DNA of 64,000 nucleotides from the human T2T-CHM13v2.0 reference genome, Homo sapiens, in assembly GCF_009914755.1 (NCBI RefSeq), contig NC_060941.1. One strand, written 5' to 3'. Of the stretch, positions 1 to 43,710 are shown piece by piece. Within the stretch, counting starts at the first letter, position 1; the number at the start of each line of letters is the position of its first letter. Position numbers and translations under genes: made by a program. Under the pieces are notes generated by a model, which had not been told where the DNA came from, made no database searches, and was given only the letters and a program-made list of their open reading frames with translations.

Positions 1-196
1 GACCAGTGATATAAGGGGTTCTCCAATTATAAAATTAACAACTGGGAGGGATAAAAAAATCGCACCACTAACTTTGGAGAATTAGCTGAGAAAAATTTTA
101 CGTAGAGGAAAAAAGACTTGGAAAATTGTCTTCTGAATTAAACATATTAGTCTTCTTCAGGTAGCAGCAAATAGAACAATTGATTGTGACCGAGTG

Positions 197-525
<329 letters not shown>

Positions 526-1624
526 TCCAAGTACCTTTCTTATGGACCAAGTTCATTTCCAATATTTTAGCAGTGGCGTTAGGTAGACTGTATATGATGA
601 TTCTCCTAAATAAGGTTATTCTCTTTCTGTTAAATATGGTTTTCATTGATTTATGGATGTATCTGGAACTATTATTTTGGCAGGTTTTACAAGGCCTCAG
701 AATCGGTTCGGATGCAGGAACTGTGTTTGACGTTTATGTCGAAGTTCTCATCAAAGCCTGGAAAATGTGGAGCCTCTTTTGCAAGAGTGGAGATTGTTGC
801 CTTTAAGCCAGATCTTAAACACTGTTAGCTCATTGTGAAAAACACAAGTGCCAGTGATTAACAAAGAATGTTTACTTAATTTACTTCAGATCTGGTCTCA
901 GTTAAAGGTTAGCTCATCCTTATCAGGTGGTCACAGAAACTAGATCCCAGTAGCAGAGTGACCTTTGGAAGCTAGAATTGTAGTCAATGGACTTAAAGTG
1001 AGATCGTGGGAGCCAGTTCTTCACTTAATTAAGCAGAGTTGAAAGACTTTCTTCTTTCCAGCTCCCTATTTTCCTTCCTTGGGCTATTTTCTGTAAGTCA
1101 GACTTGGTTTGCCTCAATACTACATATGCCCTGTAAAAATAAATTAACTACAAGAGACTGTTGACTGTATGGCCACCAGCCCTGCCCTGGTGTGTGTCCT
1201 TTGCAACACTAGTGTCTGAGGTGGAGCCCTCCATTCCTCGTGTTTTTCATCCACTCCCCCTTTCCTTCCTCTCCCCCGCCAGTAGAGGACTGTTTGCGCA
1301 AGAGACCAATGGATTAGCCAGCAGGTCTAAGCAGCTGCAAGGATAGGTCTCTCTTTTGCCCGGGGGAGAGAGATACCAGCTTGACTCGTGATCAGGTACT
1401 TTATTCCTTATGATAGGGAGCTCAGAATCCAGCATCAGTGTTCCTATTAATTTCTTGTTAGTTTTGTAGCTTTGGGTATCTGCACTTGTCAACAGTAGGC
1501 TGTAAGAATATTTATTGGAAACCACAAAAATCTCACTAGCCTCCTCTATCCCGGAGCCTGGGATGGCAAAGTGCTACACCAGAAAAGGGCTATGTGGATC
1601 ACAAGGACAGTGTAGGCCTCATGA

Positions 1625-1870
1625 CTCTGAGATAACAGAACAGAGGCACAGAGAGGCTAAGCAACTTACCCTAGGTCACACAGTAAGAGGAAGAGTGAGC
1701 CAGGATTTGAACCTTGGTGTGTCTGACATAAAGGCCAGCATCCCATCTATAAAATGGAGCTAGTAATCATACCAGCCTCTTCAGGTTTTTGTAAAGATTT
1801 GATGAGAAAATATACAAGAAGTCACTTTATGAACTGTGGATCACAGCCAAGTGTGACAGGTCATCACTAT
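1625..1870. mobile_element. MIR fragments in opposite orientations
   Basis: MIR core gaggcacagagaggctaagcaacttaccc..ggtcacacag and catctataaaatgg. Confidence 0.65.
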
Positions 1871-2699
1871 TGTTGCCCATCAGTCAATTATCTGGGATGG
1901 CCTGAGGTTGTGTCATACCTACATAAGCCACAGAAAAATTGACTCATGAAAGAATCAGGGCTGGGCATGAATGAATGAGAAACTACGTTTAAATGGAGCC
2001 CAGACTGAACGGGAACCAAATGTGGGTTCTAATGCCATTACTCATTACTGTTACCCAAATATGATCCTGCTCCCCTGGGAGGGTGGCTCTGACCTTGTCA
2101 CTCCCAAGCCTGGCACCCCCAGAGCATGCTAGAGTGGTGGTGGAGGGCAAAGATGACAAGACATGGACTCTCTGGGTTAGGGTGAGTGGCAGGCAACAGA
2201 ATCCACAGAATAGAGAAGTACCTAGATTGGGTACTCTGGGAGAAAAACAACCTTCCAGAGATTTTCCCAGTGTGCCAAATCCTGTGCTACCCGAGAGAAT
2301 TCCCACTCATCACTGCCAAATGAACCACGGAAGAGACAGAAACTTTGCTCCTGTGTTTCTTTTAATTATGTGGATTACAGACACGTTCAACTTTGGTTCT
2401 ATGTTAAGAAAATTCAAGTTTAAATGACTCCCAATTTAAGTGATGGTATTTAAAAATAAATTTTGTGTTATCTAAGACAAAAATTGTACTTTGTCTTAAA
2501 AAGATATCTGGCTTGGATGGGTCAGAGGGGTACGGAACAGGGTGGCCTTCATCAGTAGCTACAAAGGCTTTTGCAACCGTGGGCTAATTGCAAATGTCCT
2601 TCATGAAACACAGGCTAAGACCAGATTTCATTTGTGAAACACATTGATACCCAATAAGACCTAGGAATTGCATGAGCAGATTTACTAACAAAACATTGC

Positions 2700-2705
2700 T
2701 TTATT
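2700..2705 (-). terminator. Distal poly(A) signal AATAAA for TEKT1 (3'UTR about 2 kb)
   Basis: tttatt on + strand in non-repetitive sequence. Confidence 0.5.
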
Positions 2706-4419
2706 GAAATCTTAGATGTTTCCGCATTTTATGTCTACATGTTGAGAAATGGCCTCAACCATAATCAAAATCACATTTCCCTTAAAAGCAGCATGTTCCA
2801 GACACTGTGTTGAGAGTCTTCCACACGTTATCTCGCCAATCTAGGCTTTATTAGTCTTATTTACAGATTAGGCAACTGAAGCTCGGGGAAGTTGAGTAAC
2901 TTGGCGGGGATCACATCACAGGTAGAGCGTGGAGCTGATCCACCAGCTGATCTGAATCACATCTCCCTGCAGAGCCTGGGATCTAAATCCACCACTGAGG
3001 CTGGCTGCCTCTGAGAGCTGTATTCACAAGGAAGGATTTTGCCCAGTGTCTTCACACCCTGCCAGCCACATCCTCTGGGACAGACCTCAAAACCCTGCTA
3101 AGTTAGCAGAAACTCTGAGGTCTGCCCAGTGAGCTGGGAAGGCTTATTTGGACTCTTCCGAGCCAGAGCAGAAAAGCACCCAGAGGCTTCCCAGTGAGCA
3201 GAGAGGGGCCTCCCTCCTTGATTGAGGCATGGGAAGGGCTGTGTATTTGCTGAGCACTCTGAGAGGAGACGTTCAGCACTGGGGTGGCATAGATCAGAAT
3301 TAACAGAATTAAGCCAGTGCTTTTGGCCTCAAAGGGGGTTTCTCCATCCCAGATTGGGAACATCCCTTTCTGATGGCAAAGAGTCTCTGGACCAAGGAGC
3401 ACCTAGATTGCAAAGCTCCCAGGAATTAGGCCCACACTCTGCATTATCATTGTGCCCTATGACACCGTATGTGCAGCTAGACAGCCAGATTCAGGGAACA
3501 GCAAGGACAGGAAGAGTTCCAGACGATATAGTCCTTTCCTTACTTTACAGGTGGTCCTAAAGAAGGAGAGAAACTTTCCTGGCAGTGTTGCAACTAGAAG
3601 CTAGGTCTCCTGAGCCCCACACCGTCAGCTGTCCATGAGCACCGGGGAACCAAATGTTAGCAGAGTGTAGCAGCAGCTTCACACATGGGAGGGTGCTGAG
3701 ATGGTAAGCCTCGTCCATGGAAAGTGTTCCTTCAATGTTAGCGGAATAAGGAACAAATGAGCAGTTTCCCACAGCAAATGTCTTCCTTTGACAGTCACCC
3801 ACATAGATCTCTGACCTGCTGCAGCTCAGCGGAAGGCAGCCTCCCACAAGTTGAACTCTTTTTGGAAAAGAAACAGTAAGTATATAAAACAGTCTTGCTG
3901 AAAACTTGTAAAGAGGTACGTAACCATTAAAATAATTATAAAGACAATTTAGCAACATGAACAAAGGCTTGCAATAATTAGCAGTGAAGGAAAAAAATAA
4001 TCCTGAAATTGAGTTTATGCCATGAGTACAATTGTGCAGAAATTATGTTGGTATAGGGTGGGACTGCTCACAATGGCTCACATTCATTAAACACTCACTG
4101 CCCCATGATACAGGCTCAGTATGAAGCCCTTTACGGAGGTGATCTCATTCAACGCCCCTATAGCCCTGTGAGTGGGGACTATTGGAGGTCCTATACTCAG
4201 ATGGCGGACTCCGGAACCTACAGTCTTAACCATTGACTTGAACCCATTGACTTGAATGAATGGAATTTTGTTCTTTTTCTTTATGTTATTTGAGTATTTA
4301 AGAGAAAAAAAACACATTATTTTCTAGAGAAAAGAAATTTTGAGAGCCAAGAGAAAGGTTAGCATCCCATCTCATGAGCAAGAGGGGCATGGTCTACACA
4401 GGTGATCCAGCCCAACTAC

Positions 4420-4425
4420 TTTATT
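4420..4425 (-). terminator. Poly(A) signal AATAAA for TEKT1 (3'UTR about 0.3 kb)
   Basis: tttatt on + strand. Confidence 0.5.
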
Positions 4426-4685
4426 GAATTGAATCTGAACTGAAATGTCTTGAAACCCTGTCCTGGGGCCCCAAGTCCTGTGATATTGTAAGAGTGGCCT
4501 GTGCTAAAATATGGAGTTGAATTGTTAGGCAAACACCACACCAGCATAAGAAAAGAAACTCGCCCCAAAATCAGCCCCCTGAGCAGGCTTGGAATGCCAG
4601 CCAAGAGGTTGCAGCAGGCTGGCTAGAGGCCCCGCCAGCCTGAAATGAGAGCTCTGTACTACTGTAACTACTGTTTACAATGTGG

Positions 4686-4691
4686 TTTAAT
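4686..4691 (-). terminator. Proximal poly(A) signal ATTAAA for TEKT1
   Basis: tttaat on + strand, about 24 nt past the stop codon. Confidence 0.45.
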
Positions 4692-4714
4692 GAGAATTGG
4701 AACTAGCCCTACTA

Positions 4715-35088
<30,374 letters not shown>

Positions 35089-35684
35089 TCAAAAGCAGAC
35101 TCTTTTAGATTAAATGAAAGCAATTTGTCCTTTTTTATGATAATTTTTATTCAAGGATGACATATATACGGAAAATTGCATAAATCATAATCTGTACACA
35201 AAATAAATCTATCTGTGTAGCCGGCACCCAAACCAAGAAACAAGCATTACCAGCATCTCTAACCTCCTCCCAGTTACTCCACCTCAAGCCCCTCAGGGTA
35301 ACCAGTATCCTGACTTTTAACACTACAAATTCGTTTTGCTGTTTTTGAATTTAACATAAATGGAATAATACAGTATGTATTATTCTGTCTCTGACTTCTT
35401 TAGCTCAACATTATGTTTGTAAAATTCATCCATATTGTCTATATGATTGCAGTTTGTTCGTTCTCGTTGCTGTGTAGGTGCCGTTATATGAATAAAATCT
35501 AGCTGTCTTTTCTACTGTTTATGGATATTTGGGTTGTTTACACTCCAGGGCCATAATGAGAATGCTATTAATAGTCTCATACATGTCTTTTGGTGAACAC
35601 GTGTATGCATTTTTATAACTCATTAGAATTGTTGGGTCATGGAGTAATGTTCTGCCAAACAGATGAGCCCAGAGATGTTTTCTT

Positions 35685-35750
35685 AAAAAAAGAAGAAGAA
35701 AAAGAAGAGGAAGAAGAAGGAGGAGGAGGAGGAGGAGGAGGAGGAGGAAA
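35685..35750. repeat. Polypurine GAA/(AGG)10 tract in intron 1
   Basis: Read directly; (AGG)10 at 35718-35747. Confidence 0.92.
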
Positions 35751-36342
35751 TGTAACATGTGTAAACTGACAACTGGGTATTGAACTTGTTCAACACATAA
35801 AAGAATCTGAAAACTTCCAGGACAAAGAAAAGGAGAGAACAGGAAGGGGAACAACACAGGGGAAGCCAGCTGGCAGAGGCTGTCGGCAGTGGAAACGCTA
35901 AAATTACCCATTTCATCTTCATACAACTCTGATGGACCATGAGAACTGCCTTCCTCAGACAGGGCTGAAATCTGCCCCCACTCCCATCTCTACCCTAAGG
36001 TCTGAGTCCCTGCTCTTAGGGGCCTCTGGATCTCTGAAGCCTTCACATATATAAGGATGAAACTAGAGTCAGATCTTGACTAGGCTGAGAACCTCAGCCC
36101 ACCCAGCCCCCTCAGACAACATGGAGTTTCTCCGTTTCTTCCTAGCCCAGTCCCTTTTATGGCTTCTACCGAATTTATCTGAGTGTGGAGCCCAGCATTT
36201 AACCCAAGGCTCCTGGATAAGTCTGAATAGCCCCCAGAGAGGTGGGGACCTAAATTAGGGCTCATCCCAACGTCATAAGGATTTGGTTAGGCGGGGAGGG
36301 TTGCGGGTAGGGGTCGGTGGGGTGGGGTCATGGTTTACTTAC

Positions 36343-36425
36343 CTCAGCGCCACACAGAACCACTACGCAAGCTCGGGATGGGAGCCTCCTTACCCCAACT
36401 GGAGCTTCCAGCTCTTGCAGAACAG
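36343..36425 (-). other. TEKT1: TEKT1 non-coding exon 1 (5' end approximate)
   Basis: Consensus donor GAG|gtaagt (GT at 36342-36341) inside the CpG-rich block, immediately downstream of the RFX/FOX motifs. Confidence 0.8.
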
Positions 36426-36429
36426 AGAG

Positions 36430-36530
36430 GTAAACAACGCGGTCTCCATGACAACAAGTGACGCGTTGCCAGGGCAAAGAGGGCTGGTTCCGCCACTGAG
36501 CAGCCTGGCCAAAGGCTTAGCGCAGGCGCA
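36430..36530. promoter_or_regulatory. Ciliogenic TF module: forkhead GTAAACAA (36430-36437), X-box GTCTCCATGACAAC (36442-36455), half-CRE TGACG (36459-36463), X-box-like GTTGCCAGGGCAAA (36465-36478), NRF1 GCGCAGGCGCA (36520-36530)
   Basis: Direct matches to RFX, FOX, CREB/CREM and NRF1 consensus motifs. Confidence 0.75.
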
Positions 36531-37213
36531 AATTCTGCGGACCCCAGAGCCAGAGACCCAGGAGTGTGGAGTGTGGGAAGGGTAGGGCCAGATGCTCCGG
36601 CCACCTCAACCTACCGCGAAGACGCGGGGCACCAAGCAGAAGACAGCGGCCAAAGCCCCGAGCTGGGAGTCAGGAGACCTGCGTCTAGTCCGAGCCCTCC
36701 CGCGGGCGGGATCATCTCGGGTCGCGCTGTACCCCGGCTCTCAGACTTCCCGGCTGTACAGTGGGGTTGGGCTGGGCGATGCCTCCAGGACCTCGCAGTC
36801 GCAGGCGAAATTGAGGGTTAAAAATCAGGAAGCCAAGTTGATTGTTTCTGTAAGCTACAATGAGTTTCCTCCAGAGTTTGTATAGGTCTGTTACCACAAC
36901 TGGCTTATTTCTGCGTGGGGCGCCCGATGGGGCACTCTGTGAGGGCAGGTGTGTGAGTAGAACGCCTTCAGGCAAACACTCCAGAAGTCACTCTGCATCC
37001 ACTAGGAGATGGAAAATATGGGAGAAAAATTAAATCTGAGGGGATAGCTCCAGAAGATTTAATATTTGTCAAGTAGGACTTCCAGAAGGAAAGAAAAAAA
37101 GAGAGAGAATGGCAAAACAATTGTGAAAGTGAGAGAGAGATAACTTGAGCCAAAGACTCAAGTCTTTAGATTAACGACCCACCTGAAATTAACACACACC
37201 CCCATTCCTTACA

Positions 37214-37705
37214 TATAGTCCTCCCTGTGGATTATGCATATAATCCATAGAGTGATTAGCTCCAGGATCCCCCTCAGATACTGAAATCTGCAGATTCTCA
37301 AGTCTCATATAAAGTGGTGTAGCATTTGTATATAACCTACGCACATCCCTAGATAGGCATACTTTACGTCATCTCTAGATTGCTACAATACCTAATACAA
37401 TGCCTAATACAATACCTAATATAGTGCCTAATACAGTGCCTAATGCAATACATAATACAATACATAATACAACACCTAATACCTAATATAATACCTAATA
37501 CAATGCCTAATACAATACCTAATACAATGTCTAACCATGCCTACTCATCGCTTCATTCGCATGGATTCAACATAGCACTCAGGGTGCAACAAATTCAAGT
37601 TTTGCTTTTTGGAGCTTTGTGGAATTTTTTTCCTGAATATTTTTTATTTGTGTGTCATCGCATCCAAGGATGTAGAATCCACGGATAGGAAGGGCCAACT
37701 TTATA
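37214..37705. mobile_element. MER2B-like DNA transposon with an internal 12-bp tandem expansion
   Basis: MER2 motifs; TACAATRCCTAA repeated about 12 times at 37384-37534. Confidence 0.78.
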
Positions 37706-38249
37706 CCTATTCTGGTGGAATTTCTTAATTCAAAGAATAAGAAGAAAAAGAAAGAATAGGTATCAAGTGTTTCGTCTCTAACACAGGTGGCTAGAAATGA
37801 TGGTTGCTAGAAATGATGCTAGGATAATGCCTTCAAATTCTATAGAAAATTATTTCAAATCTGGGATTCTACAACCAGTCAAAGCATTTCATGTATGAGA
37901 GCAAAATAAAAGATTTCTTTGGACATGCCAGTACTCAAAACGGTGAGCGTACATTCTTTATGGAAAAAAATAATAGAGCAAAAGTGAAAAATCCAGAAAG
38001 AAGAAGATACTGGACATAAGACATAGTGGAACCAACCCAGCTGTGTGATGAAAAGAAAGCTCGGTGTAATAGCTACAGAACTAAAAAGCAATGAGTCCAA
38101 ATTACAACTAAAAGTCAAAAGAAGTTTTGAACAATATCTTTAAGAAGAGTTATACAAACTATGATTCATAACCCAGAAGTATAACCACATGGTGAGTTGA
38201 AATTATGTCTCTTCTGAGCAATAAAAAGTAGATAAATGATGACAGTCTC

Positions 38250-38609
<360 letters not shown>

Positions 38610-38711
38610 TTATAAGTATGAAGAAAATTAAATTTTGATGTCATTTTCAGAGTAGTATATGAAATACAAGAGATGGTGCCAAAAGTCACCACCCCCTCAT
38701 GATCATCCCTG

Positions 38712-38794
38712 CTGAACTCATTCATTCTCTGAACTCATTCATTCTCTGAACTCATTCATTCTCTGAACTCATTCATTCTCTGAACTCATTCATT
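38712..38794. repeat. 17-bp minisatellite CTGAACTCATTCATTCT x4.9 at an L2 tail
   Basis: Four perfect units plus a 15-nt partial; degenerate copies continue to about 38857. Confidence 0.92.
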
Positions 38795-41700
38795 GATTTG
38801 TTCAACAAAGATTTGTTGACCACTCTCTGAACTCATTCTCTGAATTCACTCATTCATTAATTTGTCCACATACCTATTGAACATCTATGAAGTATCAAGA
38901 CCTGTGCTAGACACCAAGGATAGATGAAGATAAAACACAGTCTCTGCCTTCTGTGGAGATTACAGATGCACAGCTATTGACACAGCAATTCAATTCCACA
39001 TCTAGGGATTTATCCTACAGATACATCTGCACATGTGCAAAATGATGTAACTGTGTGTAAAAAGTTATTCATTGCAAAATTGTTCTTAATAGAAAAAAAT
39101 TTACATATCCCAAATGTCCACCAAGAGGAGACTGATTAAATAAATTATGAAACAGTCATAGAGTATTTTTTACTGTAAAATATATAATTAGAAATCTTTT
39201 TTACATCTCTTTGATATGGAGTGACCAACGAGATATATTAAATGAAAAAAGCAAGGTTCAGAAGAATTACATATATAGTATTTTACCATTGTTATGATAG
39301 AAAATGGTAAAATGTAATTGTTTGTGTACCCCTAGAATTTCTCCAGACAGATACATAAGAAACTGGTAACACTGGTTGCCTCTGGAAAGAGAACTGGATG
39401 GCTGGGGTGTGGAGGGTAAAGGAGGCTTCACTGAATAATCTTTTGCCTTTTGAGAGTTGTACAATTATTATCTCTTTTAAAAGAATATAAAAATGCAGAA
39501 ACTCTTTATAATAAATGATTTCAGTAAATGAATGACACAAATACGGCAGCCGATAGAAGAGCAGGAGGTGTGAAAGCGTTGAGACAGAGCTAACTAGTTA
39601 TTTTGAAACCAGAAGAATTCAGAGGGAGATGAACAGAGGCAGTATGTCTAGGAGACGACACACTTAGCCAGGGGCCTGAAGACTGGCTTCCAGCCTGGAT
39701 CTCACCACGGACAAGCCTCAGGTTTCCCATCCTCGATAAATCTGTCATGCTATCCTGAGTATTTTATGGATGCAAAAGTGCTACCCAAACATCAGATCTT
39801 ATTCACTTCTTATTTAACTGTCATACAGTGGCCACTGTGACCCTTGACCTCTGTTTTGGTAGCATTGCCAGTAGTATTGGGATCTGTGTCAACTTCCCCA
39901 CTGAACTGCACCTAGATTGGGGGGAAAAGACTCCCTTCATATAATGGTATTGGTAAGATGTGAATTGTTTTCCATCTTAGGTTTCACTGTGGAGCAGTGA
40001 GTTCATTGATAAGAAACCACTAGCCCTTTATTCTTGCTATTCCTTATAATAAGTATCAATATCACAGGCCATTGTGCGAAGCTGGGCATTCAAGACCCTA
40101 GTGTTCTGCGTCTGTAGCGGGGACTTAGTCCCCTGTTGTATGACGCTAACCCCAAATTAGCAATTAACAAACATGATAACTTAAAAGCTTTTCATTGGAA
40201 TTTTAACCTACCAAATAACTGTGATGTGCTTTTAAGAGGCCCTTAGGGGAATAAAAGGATATAAAGCATGTGCTTCCCCTTTGAAATAACAGATTTTCAC
40301 TGCCAGTAAGGATGAAGAGATGTTCTCCACCATCTTTCTTTCAGGTGTTCACAGCAAATCAACAAGGAATAAAAAAATGGGAAAGATTCATAAGACACTG
40401 ATCAATTACAGGACTGTATGGCACACACCAGGATGTCCCGGCACAGTTCACAAGCAAGGCTCCATTCAGGGTCCCCATTTCTCATTTCTAGAAGGTGGCT
40501 TTTCTCTGTAATTGACACCACAGTACAAAATAAATCAAAATCCTGAGGCTAGAAACAAGATAGTCAAGAATATGTGCAACATGTATTGATTTCTAGAAGT
40601 CGTCACGATATTTTAAAGTAGCTTCTGGTATAGAATTAAGTGGTGAAATGCTTCCTGTTTCTCGAATGATCACCACAACCACCATTTATCAAGCATGTAT
40701 TATGTGCCAGGCACTGTGCTTGGGAGATATTATCCCATTTAATCTACACACAGCCCTTTAGGAGAGCTATGATTAATGACCCAATTTTTTAGAAGACAGG
40801 AGGCACAAAGAAGTTACTTACAGCTACTAAATGGTTAAAAAAAAGGAGGGGGCGGATTTTAATTACCTGACCCTAGAGCCTGCAATGCTAACCACTATAC
40901 CCATTGTCGGAGCACTATATTGACTCACACGCTCCTAAGAGACAGGTTAGTCCTTTTCAAGGTAGTGCATAATGATCTTTTCAATGTGTAACGTTGGAGG
41001 CTTGACTAGACCTTTCTTAAGTCTGGTTCCTATTTGCCTCCAGGAGTTTGAGCAAAGTGGCCATTTCCTGCCCTTCATCACTTGCTGTATGGTTCTCCTT
41101 AAAGAAAAACCAGCCATGTGCGTGATCCTTTGAGCACCCCATCTGCCTCCACGGGCTCTCCTGTAAGCTTCTTCACCCAGCCAACAAGGTCCTGAGCAGA
41201 AGCCTTGTTTCCAGGCTGTCTCCTACGTCTGGAAGTCTGGGCTCTTGAATCACAACAGGATCTTGACTGCTTTGGCAATTTGAATTTGAGGATGATGAGC
41301 AGTGCCTCATCTCAAAAAATTACTGGAGTAACTTTTATGAAACTATTTTGTTTTCAGGGTCTAAGGTTTTTGCTTTGGAGACACTCAGGGAATATGTATC
41401 TACTCGTTCAGGCTTAGAAGGCTTGCTCTTGGCTGCTTTGTAGGCAACCAAACCAAATGTTGAACATATTCAGGGTTTTACCAAGTACTCCAAAAACAAG
41501 ACCAAATATAATCAAAAGTAAGCAAGAAAGAAATGGTGAGATGGCTTTAAAATGACACCTGCATGCACAATGTTATTCATTTCAGCATCGCTGGTAATAG
41601 GAAAAGACTAGAAGCAACTTACATGCCCATCAGTAGGTGTCTTGCTAAACAAATTATGGCACATCCTTACCATTGGAAACCATGAAGCTACAAAAGAATG

Positions 41701-42644
41701 AGGAAGGACCTTTTGTAGCCAAACGAAATGACCTCTAAAGGATAATTTTCAGTGAAAAACAATAAAAAATCAATGTGATCCTCCTGCCTCAGCCTCCTGA
41801 GTAGCTGAAGCAGAAAGGTTGATATTATCTATTTTGTCCTCAAAAATATTTCTATAAATAAGAGGGGAGGAAGAAAACATATATACATATTTGCTTGTAA
41901 ATGCATAAATATTTCTGGAAGGATACACAAGAAACTGGTGACCTTGGCTGACTGTGAAGCAAACTAGGTGTCCAGGGAGAGTGGTAGAAGGAGACTTTTC
42001 ACTGAATACCCTTTTGTGTCTTTTACACTTTGAACCATACACATGTATGTACTACCTTTGCAAAAATAATAATTGAATTTTATTTTATTATTATTAAAAT
42101 TAGTTCTAGACCAGTATTGATAAGTAGGAACAAGATAGAAAGTCTTATAACAAATAAGACAAAGGGCTAGAATATTTCAGTTACAGTGATAGGCTATGAA
42201 CCGGGTCAGGACTAGCCAGTTAAAAGAGTCACTACATTTGGTCATTTGCTGTAAAGAAAGCCGAAATCAAATCGGTGCTTTGGTAAAGCCATTACATAAC
42301 CTACATTTGGATTAATTCCAGTTCCTAACCATTGTTTCTTCTTGCAGTGAGGCCCCAGAAGTAATTCAGGCAGAATAATGAATAGAAATTTCGTAGTTTT
42401 CCTGAATAATAGTAGTTGAGTGCCTATATATCAGAAAGTGTTTGCATTATTTATCCATCATTTAACAAGTCCCTTCTTAAGCTCTGCTCCCTGCATCTCA
42501 CAGTGCTAGGTGCTTTGGGGTAGGTAGCATGGGATCAGCCTCTGGTATCAGACCCAAGTTCAAGTCCAGTTCAGGCTTATACTACTTGCAGGATTTGTTT
42601 CCCTTGTTTTTTGTTTGTTTGTCCATTTGTTTGGGGGATGTTTA

Positions 42645-42965
42645 GTTTTATTTATTTATTTGCCAGGGTCTTGCTCTGTTGTTGCCCAGGCTGAATGCAG
42701 TGGCAGCAATCGTGGCTCACTGCAGCCTCCAACTCCTGGGCTCAAGTGATCTTCCCACCTCTGCCTCTTGAGTAGCTGGGACTACAGGCACATGGCCACC
42801 TGCCACCATGCCTGGCTCTTTCTTTCTTTTCTTTCTTTCTTTTTTTTGTAGAGTCACAGTCTCCTATGTTGTCCACACTGGTGTCAAACTCCTGGTCTCA
42901 AGCGATCCTCTGGCTTCAGTCTCCCAAAGTGCTAGGATTACAGGTATGAACAACTATGCCCAGCC
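42645..42965 (-). mobile_element. AluJ
   Basis: Diverged Alu dimer. Confidence 0.87.
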
Positions 42966-43085
42966 CCAGCTGTGTGATGTTGGGCAAACTGCTTGTCTCT
43001 CTGCATCTCAGTTTCCTCATCTGTGACAAATGAACACAATATCTACCACATAGGGCACTATAAAGATTAAATGAAATCATGTATG

Positions 43086-43710
<625 letters not shown>

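Larger units (their letters stand above)
36290..36930. promoter_or_regulatory. CpG-rich TEKT1 promoter region
   Basis: GC-rich with many retained CpGs compared with the flanks; overlaps exon 1. Confidence 0.85.

Noticed and set aside
35519-35940. Poly-Leu / poly-Ser ORFs resembling membrane or low-complexity proteins
   Set aside because: Artefacts of the (AGG)n/GAA tract in intron 1
37443-37688. Repetitive peptide ORF MQYIIQYIIQHLIPNIIPNTMPNT
   Set aside because: Translation of the 12-bp tandem repeat inside MER2
38712-38857. CRISPR-like direct repeats
   Set aside because: Head-to-tail tandem units with no spacers, in primate DNA; a minisatellite
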